Shown here one piece after another: positions 27,800-40,608 of a DNA stretch of 64,000 nucleotides; positions within the stretch are counted from its first letter, which is position 1, and each line of letters begins with the position of its first letter. A program made the translations under genes and the position numbers. Source of the DNA: Mobula hypostoma (taxonomy: Eukaryota); contig NC_086097.1 in assembly GCF_963921235.1 (NCBI RefSeq), forward strand, positions 175,152,001 to 175,216,000, in the 5' to 3' direction. The notes below the pieces were generated by a model. It was not told where the DNA came from, did not search any database, and saw only the letters and a list, made by a program, of their open reading frames with translations.

Positions 27800-28405
27800 T
27801 TCCCCTCCTCTTGACTCAGCTCACACTCTGTACTCTCCTTCTCAGGTGTCTACCTCATCCCCACCACTCCTTATCCCTTTCCCTCTCCTTCCCTGCATTT
27901 TCCCTCACTCCTTCCCTCTCACTGTCCTACCAACTCCATCTAAACCTCCACCTTTCCATCCTCCTCCTCCCACTCCACTTCCCCTCCCCATCTCTTCTCT
28001 CCTCCTCCCCAATTTTACCCTTCTCTTGTCCTGCACAATTTCTGCCTCCACCCTCCCCCTTCATTCTTTCTTCGCCTGCCCTCTCGTCCCTGTCCGCTCT
28101 CACTTCTTTCTCAATTGTCCCTCCTGCCCCCTCCTCACACCCTCGCACCATCACCCTGCTCCCTTTCTCCCTTATTTTTCTCTAATGCCCTTTCCGCATG
28201 CTCCCAGGCCCCTGATTATTACCCTGCATCGCTACCCTCCCTCCCTCCTCAGCCTGTCCATCTCCCTCTCCCTCTGTTCTTCCCCTTCCCTGCTCTACCC
28301 TCTGTTATCCTCCCGTCCCAAACCTCTACCTCCTCCCTCACTCTTCTTTGCTCCTCTACTTCCCTCCATCCTTCTCTCACTCTCCCTCCCTCCCCCCCAC
28401 CCCCA
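27800..28405. repeat. Low-complexity polypyrimidine/polypurine tract at the start of LAPTM4B-like intron 1
   Basis: About 600 nt of predominantly C/T on the plus strand, immediately after the exon 1 donor. Confidence 0.85.
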
Positions 28406-28414
28406 ATCACTCAC

Positions 28415-28510
28415 CATGTACCAGACTCCCAGGATTATGGTTCCAGTGCGGACATGACAACAGCAGCATTTGGTGGAATACCAGCGATCCGCAGGTGAGA
28501 TCATCCTCAT
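28415..28510 (-). CDS. LAPTM4B: LAPTM4B-like lysosomal-associated transmembrane protein 4, coding exon 1
   Basis: Translates to [32 protein letters not shown], matching the LAPTM4 N-terminal [10 protein letters not shown](I/L)LGVWY motif. Ends in phase 0 at a GTGAGT donor (plus strand actcac, 28409-28414). Confidence 0.92.
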
Positions 28511-28612
28511 CAGCCTGAGAACGAGCTGAAACGAGAAGTAAACTACAACCTTGTGCTGCCTGTGGGTGCCAGAGCTGGGAATGAAATGCCCTGCTCGCCT
28601 CCTCCCTCCCTT

Positions 28613-28624
28613 TCACTGTACCAT
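28613..28624 (-). promoter_or_regulatory. Putative minimal uORF (ATG GTA CAG TGA) in the 5' region of the LAPTM4B-like gene
   Basis: Context atcATGG (A at -3, G at +4). Same frame as the main ATG. Transcription start site unknown. Confidence 0.35.
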
Positions 28625-30259
28625 GATCCTGAAGCCGATTCTCTCCTATCTCTCAATACAGCCTGCGCTGCCTGGCTGAGAGAGCAAGGGGAGGAGAATA
28701 TACCTTTAACTCTTTCCCAGCCGGAGCTCTGTGAATCCCAGTTACCATCTGGTTGTCTTTTCCCTCCTTACTGAATAGATTGAGAAGGAGACAGCACTGG
28801 AACAGACCTTCAGGGCACAGAACAATACAGCACAGTAGAGGACATTCGGCCCACCATGTTAGACCACAGACCGTAAGACCATAAGATATAGGAGCAAAAT
28901 TAGGCCATTCACTTATCCTGTCTGCGCCACCATTTCATAATTACTGATTTATTATCCATCTTAACCGCATTATCTTGTCTTCTTCCTGTAACATTTGAAT
29001 CCGAGGTTCACCCACTATAGGAAACTTCCTCCCCACATCCACTCTATACAGGCCATTCATTATTCAATAGTTTTTAATGAGATCCCCCCTCATTCTTCTA
29101 AAGTCCAGTGAGAATGGGCCCAGAGCCTTCAAACACTCTTCAAATATTAACTCTTTCATCAATCTGGACCCCCTTCAACTCCAGCACCTCTTCTTAGATG
29201 AGGGGACCAAATCTGCTCACAATACTCCAAGTACAGTCTGACCAATGCCTTAGAAAGCCTCAGCATTATGTCCTTGCTTTTGTATTCTAGACCTCTTGAA
29301 ATGAATGCAAATATTTCCTTTGCCTTCTTTACCACCAACTCAACCTGCAAGTTAACCTTTATGGAATCCTACACAAGGACTCCCAAGTTGCTTTGCATCT
29401 TTGATTTTTGAATTTGCTCCCCATTTAGAAAATAGTCTATGCCTTTATTCCTTCTACTAAAGTGCATTGCCATAGGCTCCCTACATTTATTTTCATCTAC
29501 CACTTCGTCCATTCTCCCAATTGGTCTAAGTCCTCCTGCAGACTCCCTGCTTCCTCAGAATTACCTGCCTGACCACAAAGCCATCAAGCCCACTGACGTA
29601 AAACGTGAAAAGAATGGTCCCAACACCAACCCTTGCAGAACACCTATAGTCACTGACAGCCAACCAGAAAAGCCCCCCCCCATTCCAACTCTTTTCTTCC
29701 TGCCAATCAGCAAATCTTCTATCCATGCTAGTATCTTTCCTGTAATATACCACGGGCTCTAATCTTGTTAAACAGTCTCATGTATGGCACCTTGTTAAAG
29801 GCCTTATGAAAATCCAAGTATAGAACATTCACTGACTCTCCTTTGTCTATCCTGTGGATTATTTTCTCAAAGAATTGCAAAAGGCTTGACAGGGAAGATT
29901 TCCCTTTAAGGAACCCATGATGTCTTTGGTCTATTTTTCTCATGTGCCTGCAAGTACCCCAAAATCTCATCCTTAACAATGGACTCTAACATCTTTCCAT
30001 AATACTGAAGTCAGGCAAACTGGCCTATAGTTTCCTTTCTTCTGCTTCCCGCTCTTCTTAAAGAGTGGAGTGACATTTGCAATTTTCCAGTCCTCCAGAA
30101 CAATTCCAGAATGTATTGATTCCTGAATGATCATTACTAATGCCTTCACAATCTCTTCAGCTACCTCTTTCAGAGCCTTGGGGTGTACACCATCTGTCCA
30201 GGTGACGAATCTACCTTCAGACCTTTCAGCTTCCCTTCCTCCTTCTAAAACTTCTAAAA

Positions 30260-30512
30260 CCAATTGGCTGCACCATTGATGATTTGGTGTGTTATGTTAA
30301 AGGGGCTGAATACTTATGCAATCAATTATTTTGTGTTTTATATTTGTAATTAATTCAGATCACTTTGTCGAGCCTCTTTTTACTTTGACATGAAAGAGTC
30401 TTTTTCTGTTGATCAATGTCAAAAAAGCCAAATTAAATCCACTGTGATTCGATGTTGTAAAACAGTAAAACACAAAAATTTCCAAGGGATGAATACTTTT
30501 TATAGACACTGT
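30260..30512 (+). mobile_element. Tc1-like DNA transposon right end (IR/DR-type)
   Basis: Two direct-repeat-like motifs (ggggctgaatacttatgca and gggatgaatactttttata) about 185 bp apart, ending in CACTG. Interrupts the CR1. Confidence 0.7.
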
Positions 30513-31009
30513 TATGCCCTTTTATCTTTTATGTTGCCTTTGACTTCCCTTGTCAGCCATGGTTGCCTCATTCTCCCTTTAGAATACTTCTTCATCTTTG
30601 AGACGTATCTATGTTGCACTCTCCGAGTTGCTCCCAGAGACACCAACCATTGCTCTTCTGCTGTCATCCTGATAGTGTTCCCTTCCAAACAACCTTGTCA
30701 GCTTCTCACTTATTCTTCTGTAATTCACTTTACTCCACTGTAATACTGATATATCTGACCAGGTTCTTTCTCTCAAATTGCAGGGTGAATTCTATCATAT
30801 TATGACCTCTGACTCCCAAGGGTTCCTTTACATTAAGCTCCCTAAGCAAATCCAATACATAACACAACACCCAATCCAGAACTGCATTTTCCCTAGTGGG
30901 CTCAACCACAAACTGCTCTAAAAAGCCATCTTGTAGGTATTCTACAAATTCCTTCTATTGGAATCCTGCACCAATCTGGTTTTTCCAATTTACCTGCATA
31001 TTGAAATCC

Positions 31010-31680
31010 TTTACTTTATACTTTATTGTCGCCAAACAATTGGTACTAGAACGTACAATGATCACAGTGATATTTGATTCTGCACTTCCCACTCCCTGGA
31101 TTATAAATATTAAGTGTTAAAAATAGTAAGAATTAGTAAACATTAAAAATTTAAATTATAAATCATAAATAGAAAATAGAAAAATGGAAAGTAAGGTAGC
31201 GCAAAAAACCGAGAGGCGGGTCTGGATATTTGGAGGGTACGGCCCAGATCCGGGTCAGGATCCGTTCAGCAGTCTTATCACAGTTGGAAAGAAGCTGTTC
31301 CCAAATCTGGCCGTATGAGTCTTCAAGCTCCTGAACCTTCTCCCGGAGGGAAGAGGGACGAAAAGTGTGTTGTCTGGATGGGTTGTGTCCTTGATTATCC
31401 TGGCAGCACTGCTCCAACAGCGTGCGGTGTAAAGTGAGTCCACGGACGGAAGATTGGTTTGTGTGATGTGCTGCGCCGTGCTCACGATCTCCTGCAGCTT
31501 CTTTCGGTCTTGGACAGGACAACTTCCATACCAGGTTGTGATGCACCCTAGAAGAATGCCTTCTACAGTGTATCTATAAAAATTAGTGAGAGTTTTAGGG
31601 GACAGGCCAAATTTCATTAGTTTTCTCATTAGTTTTTTCTTGGCAGTGAACTCTGCTTGATTGGACCAAGTCAGGTCACT
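31010..31680 (-). mobile_element. Young Rex1/Babar-like LINE 3' end nested in CR1
   Basis: FGLSPKTLTNFYRYTVEGILLGCITTWYGSC...PSGRRFRSL..NSFFPTVIRLLN. CpG retained. Short taaagta tail. Confidence 0.88.
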
Positions 31681-33789
31681 ACTATCATAGCATTGCCCTT
31701 TTGACATGCCTTTTCTATCTCTCTGTAATTTGTATCTCACATCCTGGCTACAATTTGGAGGCCTGTATATAACTCCCAACAGGGTCTCTTTACCCTTGCA
31801 GTTTCTTAACTCTACCCACAAGGATTCTACATCTTCTGATCCTATGTCACCTCTTTCTAAGGATTTGATTGTATTTTTTACCAATAGAGCCACCCCACCC
31901 CACTCTGACAACCTGCCTGTTCTTTTGATCCAATCTGTATCTTCAGTTGTTAAGCTCCCAACCACGATCTTCTTTCAGCCATGTCTCAGTGATGCCCCCG
32001 ATGTCATACCTGCCAATCTCTAACTGTGCTACAAGATCATCCACCTTATTTCGTGGACTGCATGCATTCAAATATAACACCTTTAGTCTTGTGTTCAATA
32101 CCCTTTTTGATATTGCCCCATGTTACACTTTAACTCGTCTTACTGACTACAGTTTTGCCCTATCATCTGCCTGTCCTTCCTCACAGTCTCACTACACAAT
32201 ATATCTAGTTGTGTACCAACTACCCCATCATCAGGCCTATCATTCTGGTTTCAAACCCTGCGAAATTAGTTTAAAACCTCCCCCAGCAGCTCTAGTAGAA
32301 CTGTTCACAGGAATATCGGTCCTCCTCAGGTCCAGGTGTAACCCATCCATTTTGTACAGGTCATACCTCCCCCAGAAGAGATCTCAATGATTCAGAAATC
32401 TGAAATTCTGCCACCTGCACCAGTTCCTTAGCAACTCATTGATCTGCCAGATCAAATTCTTACCCTCACTGGCATGTGCCAGAGGCAGCAATCCAGAGAT
32501 CACTTTTCAGTTTTCTACTTAACTCCCTATATTCTCTCTTCAAGGCCTCCTCCCTTTTCCTACCTACATCATTGGTACCAATATGTACCACAACTTCTGG
32601 CTGCTCCCCCTCCCCCTTTAGGATGCTGTGGACCCGTCTGACACATCTCTGACCCTGGCACCTTGGAGGCAAAGTACCACTGGCGTGTCCACAGAATCCC
32701 CCGTCTGCTTGCCTGACTATGGAATCCCTTATCACCACTGTACTCCTCTTCTCTCCCATTCCCTCCTGAGCCACAGCAAGAAGGTCTCTGGCACTGCCTT
32801 GGCTCCTCCCTGGTAGGTCATACCCCCCAAACAGTGTCCAAAGATGTTTGCTTATTATTGAGGGGACTGACCACATGGGTACTCTGCACTAGCTGCTTAT
32901 TCCCTTCCACTCTCAGCCAGATACCTGCCTCCTGCAGCTTAGGTGTGACTACCTCCCTGTAGCTCCTGTCTGTCACCTCCTCATTCTCCTGCATGAGCTT
33001 AAGGTCGTCATGCTGCATCTCCAGTTCCCCAAGGAGCTGCAGCTTGATGCACTTTATGCAGATGTAGTTACCAGGGAGACGGGAGGTCTTCCGGAGTTCC
33101 CACATCTTACACAAGGAACATAGCATTAACTCTGGACCCATTCTTAATGCACTAGCTATCTACTAATAGACAAAAAAAAAGCTTACGAAGAACTTCCTTA
33201 GAGCCTCCATCTGTACTTCAATAGGTTTCAATGAAATCTCCCATCATTCTTCTAAACTCTGGTGAGTACAGGCCTTGGACCATCAAACATTCCTCATATG
33301 TTAACCCTTTCATTCCTGGAATAATTCTGTTTAATCTCCTCTGGATCCCCTCCAATGCCAACACAACTCTTTTTTTAGAAAAGGGGACAAAAACTGTTCA
33401 CAATACTCCAAGTGCAGTCTGGCTTTTATATTCTAGTCCTCTTGAAATGAATACTAACATTGCATTTACTGTCCTTACCACTGAATAATCCTGCAAGTTA
33501 AACTTTAAGGAATCCTGCACGAGGACTCTGAAGTCACTTTGCACCTCTGATTTTTGAATTTTCTCCCTATTTAGAAAATAGTGTACGACCTTATTTCTTC
33601 TACTGAAGTGCAGGACCATATACGTACCTACGTCATATTCCATCTGCCCTTGCTTTGTCCATTCTTCCAATCTGTCTCAGTCCTTCAGCAGACTCCCTAC
33701 CTCCTCAACACCAACTGCCCCCTCCCACCCCACCATCTTCATTTGGCCACAAAGTCATCTTCCCGTCATCCAAATCATTGAGATATAAT

Positions 33790-34690
33790 GTGGGTAGCCT
33801 TGAGATTTACAATGTGAAAAATAACATGAGACAATTAATAGGCTTACAGTAGAAGTGAAGAGCAAATTAATGGATGCTGGTTTGGCTGTTTCCATCATTC
33901 CCCAAAGTGACTATGTTGGCATTTCAAAGATACTGAAGCCTGAACTAGTTATTGAACTAGTTACTTATTCTGGGGAAGAGATAACTCCTGTGAGAATGAC
34001 ATTCGTAACAGTGAGATACAACAACCAACAAGCCAAACTGGATTTGAATGTAATAAAAACAGGAGGGCCAGCATTGTGGGGTCACAGGTGGCATCTACAA
34101 CTTGACTGGAAATCCATCCACCATTTGCAAAGAAAGTCAACCGAAAGTGATTTCAGAAGGGCACTGGATGATGCCATAGCAGTGTTCAAGGATGACATTG
34201 GAGAACTCAAATATACTCTATCAGGGTAAAATGGTGTTAAATGAAACTGCCGCATCCAAGTTTTACAAAGCCCATCCTAATGCTATTTATATAAAGTTGC
34301 CAGTGAGCTAGATCGCATGGAGACTGAAGGAATTCTTTCCACGGCTGTGTGGAGCCCGTGGGCAACGTTAGTGGTCTCAGTAGCCAACAAGAATGGGTCT
34401 GTCAGAATCTGTAGTGATTTTAAGGTCACCAATATCCCAGTACTGAAAGTAGATCAATACCCTCGGCCCAGAATAGAGGATATCTTTGCAAACCTTTTTG
34501 GAGGGAAACATTACAGCAAAGTGGACTTAGATGAGGCCTACCTACAGATGGAGGTGGAAGAGCCCAAAGTGTTTTTCAGCATAAACACTCACAAAGAGCC
34601 TTATCGCCACAATAGGCTTATTTTTGGGGTAACACCTGCACTCTGTCAGGAAGCTATGGACCACGTACTGCAAGGCTACCCGGGCATTAT
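33790..34690 (+). mobile_element. Gypsy/Ty3 LTR retrotransposon pol fragment (protease and RT N-terminus)
   Basis: MDAGLAVSII (aspartic protease-like), SPWATLVVSVANKNGSVRICSDFKVT, DQYPRPRIEDIF and YSKVDLDEAYLQM. Flanked by minus-strand CR1 pieces. Confidence 0.88.
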
Positions 34691-35369
34691 GTTTTGGAGT
34701 TACAAAACATAACAACTTTGGCTCCTTTTCTCAGGTGCCTCTAAGTACCCAAAGTTTCCTCCTTAATAATGAACTCCAAAGTCTTCCTAACCACCGAAAT
34801 GTCTTCCTAACTGGCCTATAGTTTCTTTTCTTTTGCCCTCCTCCCTTCTTAAAGAGTGGAGTGACATTTGCAATTTTCCAGTCCTCTGGAACCCTTCCAG
34901 AATCTAGTGATTCTTGAAACACTAATGCCGCCACAATCTCTTCAGATACCTCTTTCAGAACCCTGGGATGACAACCTTGTAACTTATTCCAAGGTACCAT
35001 ACCTCTTTCCACCATTTCTTTGGCAGCACACTGCAGGCGCCTATCACACTCTCAAAATACTTGCAAACAAATCTTATTTAAATTTTCTCCCTCATAGCTT
35101 AAAGCTATGCTCTCTAGTTTTTGCCATTTCCTCCCTAAGAAAAAAGACTCTATCGACCATGTCTGTGCCTTTCATAATTTTATATACAGTAATCCTTTTG
35201 AGCGACACCTTAGTTTCCAACACCCCTAAGAAAACATACAAGTTTTTTCTGCCTCTGCTAATCGCTTATACTCTCTAATCCAGACAACATCCTGGTGAAA
35301 CTCTTCTGCACATTCTTCAGAACCAGGATTGCACACAATAATCCAAGTGTGGCCTAATGAAAGTCTTAT

Positions 35370-37386
35370 CATCATCATCATCATCATCATCAGGTGCTGT
35401 GCCCAGTTTGAGCTTTGACTGCCATGGCCCACACACTCCTGTTTCGGGTCAAGTGGATCAATTCATTGGTATTCATTTCCAGTTCTCTGGCTGCTGTCTC
35501 CATCATCATTTGTCTTTGTCTTTCTCTTGCTTTTTTCCCCTTCAGTCTTTCCCATAATTACCGTGCATTCTAACTCCTCTTTCCTAATCACATGTCCAAT
35601 GAAGTGATGTTGCCTTTTGATGATCTCATACATTATTTCTCTTTTTGTGTTTGCTCTGTTCATGACATCCTCATTAGATATTCGTTTCATCCATGATATT
35701 CTTTGCATCCTCCTCAAAAACCACATCTTCAACAATTATATCAATTAAGTTTTGTAGATCTTCCTCCGTACTTGCAATTAACACAGTGTCATCAGCATAT
35801 CTGAAATTATTGATGTTTTCACTGCCAACTTTGATTCCCAAGATGTCTCTTATTTTTTTGTAACATTGTTTCACTGTACACATTAAATAAATCAGGGAAG
35901 AAAACACACCCTTGTCTAATGCCTCTCTTGATTTTTGTAAACTGACTCACTTCTCCATCTATTCTTACAGCGGCAGTTTGTTCCCAGTACAGATTTCTGA
36001 TTAGGCGGAGGTCTTTTGAATCTAGATCTAGAATTTCCTGTAATATCTAAAATAACTTATTATGCTTCACTTTATCAAATGCTTTTGTGTAGTTGATAAA
36101 ACAAACAAACAAATCTTTTTGCACTTGAATAGCTTGCTCTGATAGGATCCTTAACAAAAATATTGTGTTTCTTGTACCTTTGTCTTTCACAAAACCACAT
36201 TATTCTTTGCCTATTTAAGCTTGTATCTTACTTTTAGCTCTTGTCATCTTAGAAGTATCTTGGTGATATGACTCATTAAACTTATGGTCCTATGTAATTC
36301 ACATTCTATTGCTCCAGGTTTCTTAGGAAGAGTGATAAATACTGATTTTTTTTTCATCTCTTCTGGTATTATTCCAGTCTCATAAATGTCATTGATTAAA
36401 TCAATAAGTTTTTCAATTCCATAATCTTCAAGGACGATAATTTGTTCTATTACTAATTCATCAGGACCTGCTGCCTTTCCTTTCTTCATCTTTATTGCAT
36501 TACGAACTTCAGATTTTAAAGTACTTGGACCTTCAATGTTTTTCTTAATTTCTGTTTTTTTGCCTCGATCGACTTCAAACAATTCCTGGGTCACTCAGTC
36601 CATCTGTTCATAATCTCATCTTTTTCTATGATAATGGTACCGTCCTTTGCTTTCAAACATCCACCTGAAGAACAGAGGAGCTTTTTACCAGAGATATTCT
36701 TGATTTGTTGATGTAACCTTTTTTGGATCAGTAATAGGGATTCTTTCTATTTGCTCACATTCCTAGTTTAACCTTTCTTCTTTGGCTTTTTGACATAAGT
36801 TTTTAACTTTTTTATCTAAGGACTTGTACTCTATAGGATTTGCTTTCTTCCTTCTCCTTTCTTCCATTAGATTTTTTATTTCATCTGTCATCCATTTATT
36901 CTTTGTGCTTTTTTCTTTTTTAGGAATCACTGACTTTGCTGATTCTACCAAGGCATCCTTCAGAGAGTTAAACTTCATTTCTACATGATTGCTATCATCT
37001 TCAACAGATTCAATTTCTAGACCTTGAAATCTATTCCTTACTTCAATTGTAAATGTTTGTCTTAAGCTTTCTTTAATTAATTGCAAGTAGTCAAGGGATT
37101 GTTCAGGTTTTCACTTCTTTAGTTTTTTAAAGTTTTACTTTTACATGACATACTACTGGGTTATGGTCACTATTACAGTCTGCACCTGGATATGTTTTGC
37201 ATTGAGTCACTGAGTTTCTAAATCTTTGGTTTATATTAATAAAGTCAGTTTGATTTCTAGTGTTATCACCTGGACTTTTCCAGGTCCGCAAGCATCTTGG
37301 ATGGTTTTTAAAGTAGGTATTCATAATGACCTGATTATTCATCTTGCACCATTCTACCCATTTTTCACCTCTTTCATTTCTTACAC
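35370..37386 (-). mobile_element. 5'-truncated RTE-clade LINE with (GAT)n tail
   Basis: TYPGADCNSDHNPV, KKPGAIECELHRTISLMSHITKILL, INNFRYADDTVLIA and MWFLRRMQRISW. (atc)n at 35368-35392. TSD agtcttat at 35362-35369 and 37387-37394. Confidence 0.9.
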
Positions 37387-38969
37387 AGTCTTATACAGCT
37401 GCAGTATGACTTCCTGACTGTTATATTCAGCTCCCCACTCAACGAAGGTAAATATGTGGTACATCTTCTTTACCATCCCATCTGCTTGTGTTGCTACTTT
37501 CAGAAACCCATGGACTTGAACCCCAAGAGCGCTTTGTATATTCATATTCTGAAGGGTCCTACCGTTTACCCTGTACTTTCATCGTATATTTGATCTCCTA
37601 AAGTGAAACATGTCATACTTCTACAGATTAATCTGCCACTTCAGACCCAGATTAGCTCTGCCTGAGACCGCAGGAAGCTGCAGAGAGTTGTGGACACAGC
37701 TCAGCACATCACGGAAACCAGCCTCCCCTCCATGGACTCTGATAACACTTCTCACTGCCTTAGTGAAGCAGTCAATTTACTCAAAGACCCCACACACCCT
37801 GGACATTCTCCTTTCCCCCTTTCCCCCTTTCCCATTGGGCAGAAGATACAGAAGCCTGAGAGCATGTACCACCAGGCTCAAGGACAGCTTCTATCCTGCT
37901 CTGATAAGGCTATTGAATGATCCCCAGTATGAAAAAATGGACTCTTAACCTTTCAGTCTGCGTCATTACAACCTTGTTCCTTACTGTCTGCCTTCACAGT
38001 ATCTTGTGTAGCTGTAACACTTTACTCTACGTTCTGTTATTGTTTTGTACTTACTATGTCAATGTACTGTTGTAACGAAATGATCTGTATGCATGGCATG
38101 CAAAATAAAGCTTTTCACTCTACCGTGACAATAATAAACCAATTTACCACATTTCTAGCTGATCATATCCTACTGTAGCCCCTGACAACCTTCCACCAGT
38201 GTTTGTGCTGCCTGTATTAATAGACAATTAAGACAAAATACTTCAATCCTGTGAGAGCTGATTGGCTAATAAATCCTGCATGTTTAAATAAATGGTGAAT
38301 CTACTAATGAAAATACAATCACTGATGTGTTTGCATTCCCACATGACTTAGCAATTTTTTAACTTCTCCTCGCAGGATTGACTGGTTTTAATCCAGACAG
38401 CTTGGACTGCAGCCATTGATTTTGCTCCTCCTTCGTCAGAAGGCCTTGGCAAAAAGTCCTACGCCTGATTTGTGATTGGTGTCTCAACATCAGACAAGGA
38501 CAGAGTCAGGCCTGGCTGATCAGGGTTCACTGGTCAGTGACATTTACTGCCAAGCTTCATAGTTGAGCAAAGTGTCTTCAAAGTCAAGGTTGAGTTGATT
38601 GTCATTTGCACAAGTACACATGTATGCACAGCCCCACAGACACATGGCATCAGATACTCAACTTTCACAAGAAAAACATAAATTGTACAAAACTGCATGA
38701 GAGAACACAAGTAGAACAAGAAAAACAAAGTCCATTCTAGTGCAAAGTGATCATAGTGTTGCTGTACTGTAGTGATCAGGGTTGTGTCAGCTGATTCAAG
38801 AACCAGATGGCTGAAGGGAATTAGCTGTTGGCCTTCAGGCTTCCAAATCTCCTGCCCTGCTGCAAGAAGATGGCATGACCTGGAAGGTGAGGATCTTTGA
38901 TAATAGACAGGGTCATAGCCATGCAGTATTGAAACAGGCCTTCAGCCAAATATGTCCATGACTGACAAG

Positions 38970-40608
38970 AGAAATTAGGGATAGTATCAATTCCAAAGAA
39001 GAAGCATACAAATTAGCCAGAGAAAGTGGCTCACCTGAGGACTGGGAGAAATTCAGAGTTCAGCAGAGGAGGACAAAGGGCTTAATTAGGAAGGGGAAAA
39101 AAGATTATGAGAGAAAACTAGCAGGGAACATAAAAACGGACTGTAAAAGCTTTTATAGATATGTAAAAAGGAAAAGACTGGTAAAGACAAATGTAGGTCC
39201 CCTGCAGACAGAAACAGGTGAATTGATTATGGGGAGCAAGGACATGGCAGACCAATTGAATAATTACTTTGGTTCTGTCTTCACTAAGGAGGACATAAAT
39301 AATCTTCCAGAAATAGTAAGGGACAGAGGGTCCAGTGGGATGGAGGAAATGAGCGAAATACATGTTAGTAGGGAAGTGGTGTTAGGTAAATTGAAGGGAT
39401 TGAAGGCAGATAAATCCCCAGGGCCAGATGGTCTGCATCCTAGAGTGCTTAAAGAAGTAGCCCAAGAAATAGTGGATGCATTAGTGATAATTTTTCAAAA
39501 CTCGTTAGATTCTGGACTAGTTCCTGAGGATTGGAGGGTGGCTAATGTAACCCCACTTTTTAAAAAAAGGAGGGAGAGAGAAACCGGGGAATTATAGACC
39601 GGTTAGCCTAACGTCGGTGGTGGGGAAACTGCTGGAGTCAGTTATCAAGGATATGATAACAGCACATTTGGAAAGCGGTGAAATGATCGGACAAAGTCAG
39701 CATGGATTTGTGAAAGGAAAATCATGTCTGACGAATCTCATAGAATTTTTTTGAGGATGTAACTAGTAGAGTGGATAGGGGAGAACCAGTGGATGTGGTA
39801 TATTTGGATTTTCAAAAGGCTTTTGACAAGGTCCCACACAGGAGATTAGTGTGCAAACTTAAAGCACACGGTATTGGGGGTAAGGTATTGGTGTGGGTGG
39901 AGAATTGGTTAGCAGACAGGAAGCAAAGAGTGGGAATAAACGGGACCTTTTCAGAATGGCGGGCGGTGACTAGTGGGGTACCGCAAGGCTCAGTGCTGGG
40001 ACCCCAGTTGTTTACAATATATATTAATGACTTGGATGAGGGAATTAAATGCAGCATCTCCAAGTTTGCGGATGACACGAAGCTGGGTGGCAGTTTTAGC
40101 AGTGAGGAGGGTGCTAAGAGGATGCAGGGTGACTTGGATAGGTTGGGTGAGTGGGCAAATTCATGGCAGATGCAATTTAATGTGGATAAATGTGAAGTTA
40201 TCCACTTTGGTGGCAAAAATAGGAAAACAGATTATTATCTGAATGGTGGCCGATTAGGAAAAGGGGAGGTGCAACGAGACCTGGGTGTCATTATACACCA
40301 GTCATTGAAAGTGGGCATGCAGGTACAGCAGGCGGTGAAAAAGGCGAATGGTATGCTGGCATTTATTGCGAGAGGATTCGAGTACAGGAGCAGGGAGGTA
40401 CTACTGCAGTTGTACAAGGCCTTGGTGAGACCACACCTGGAGTATTGTGTGCAGTTTTGGTCCCTTAATCTGAGGAAAGACATCTTTGCCATAGAGGGAG
40501 TATAAAGAAGGTTCACCAGATTGATTCCTGGGATGGCGGGACTTTCATATGAAGAAAGACTGGATGAATTGCGCTTGTACTGGTTGGAATTTAGAAGATT
40601 GAGGGGGA
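38970..40608 (+). mobile_element. Young CR1 LINE ORF2 (RT) fragment
   Basis: KSPGPDGLHPRVLKE, YLDFQKAFDKVPH, SGVPQGSVLGP and KFADDTK, with frameshifts in homopolymer runs. Confidence 0.95.

Larger units (their letters stand above)
28870..33150 (-). mobile_element. Degenerate near-full-length CR1 LINE with nested insertions
   Basis: ORF1 motifs LCSLCKMWE..ICIKC and VVHIGTND, endonuclease remnants, and RT motifs WKIANVTPLFKK, YLDFHKAFNKVP and LEYCEQIWSP. Confidence 0.85.

Noticed and set aside
28295..28414. C-terminal part of the 71-aa ORF (VSDWGWGGG...)
   Set aside because: Read-through into intron 1 past the GTGAGT donor. The same applies to ORF 9162-9494 beyond 9398.
27727..28498. Long Pro/Leu/Ser-rich plus-strand ORFs
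   Set aside because: A pyrimidine-rich low-complexity tract is depleted of stop codons by composition.
35226..35432. Poly-Met and poly-Ser ORFs
   Set aside because: Translation of the RTE (GAT)n tail.
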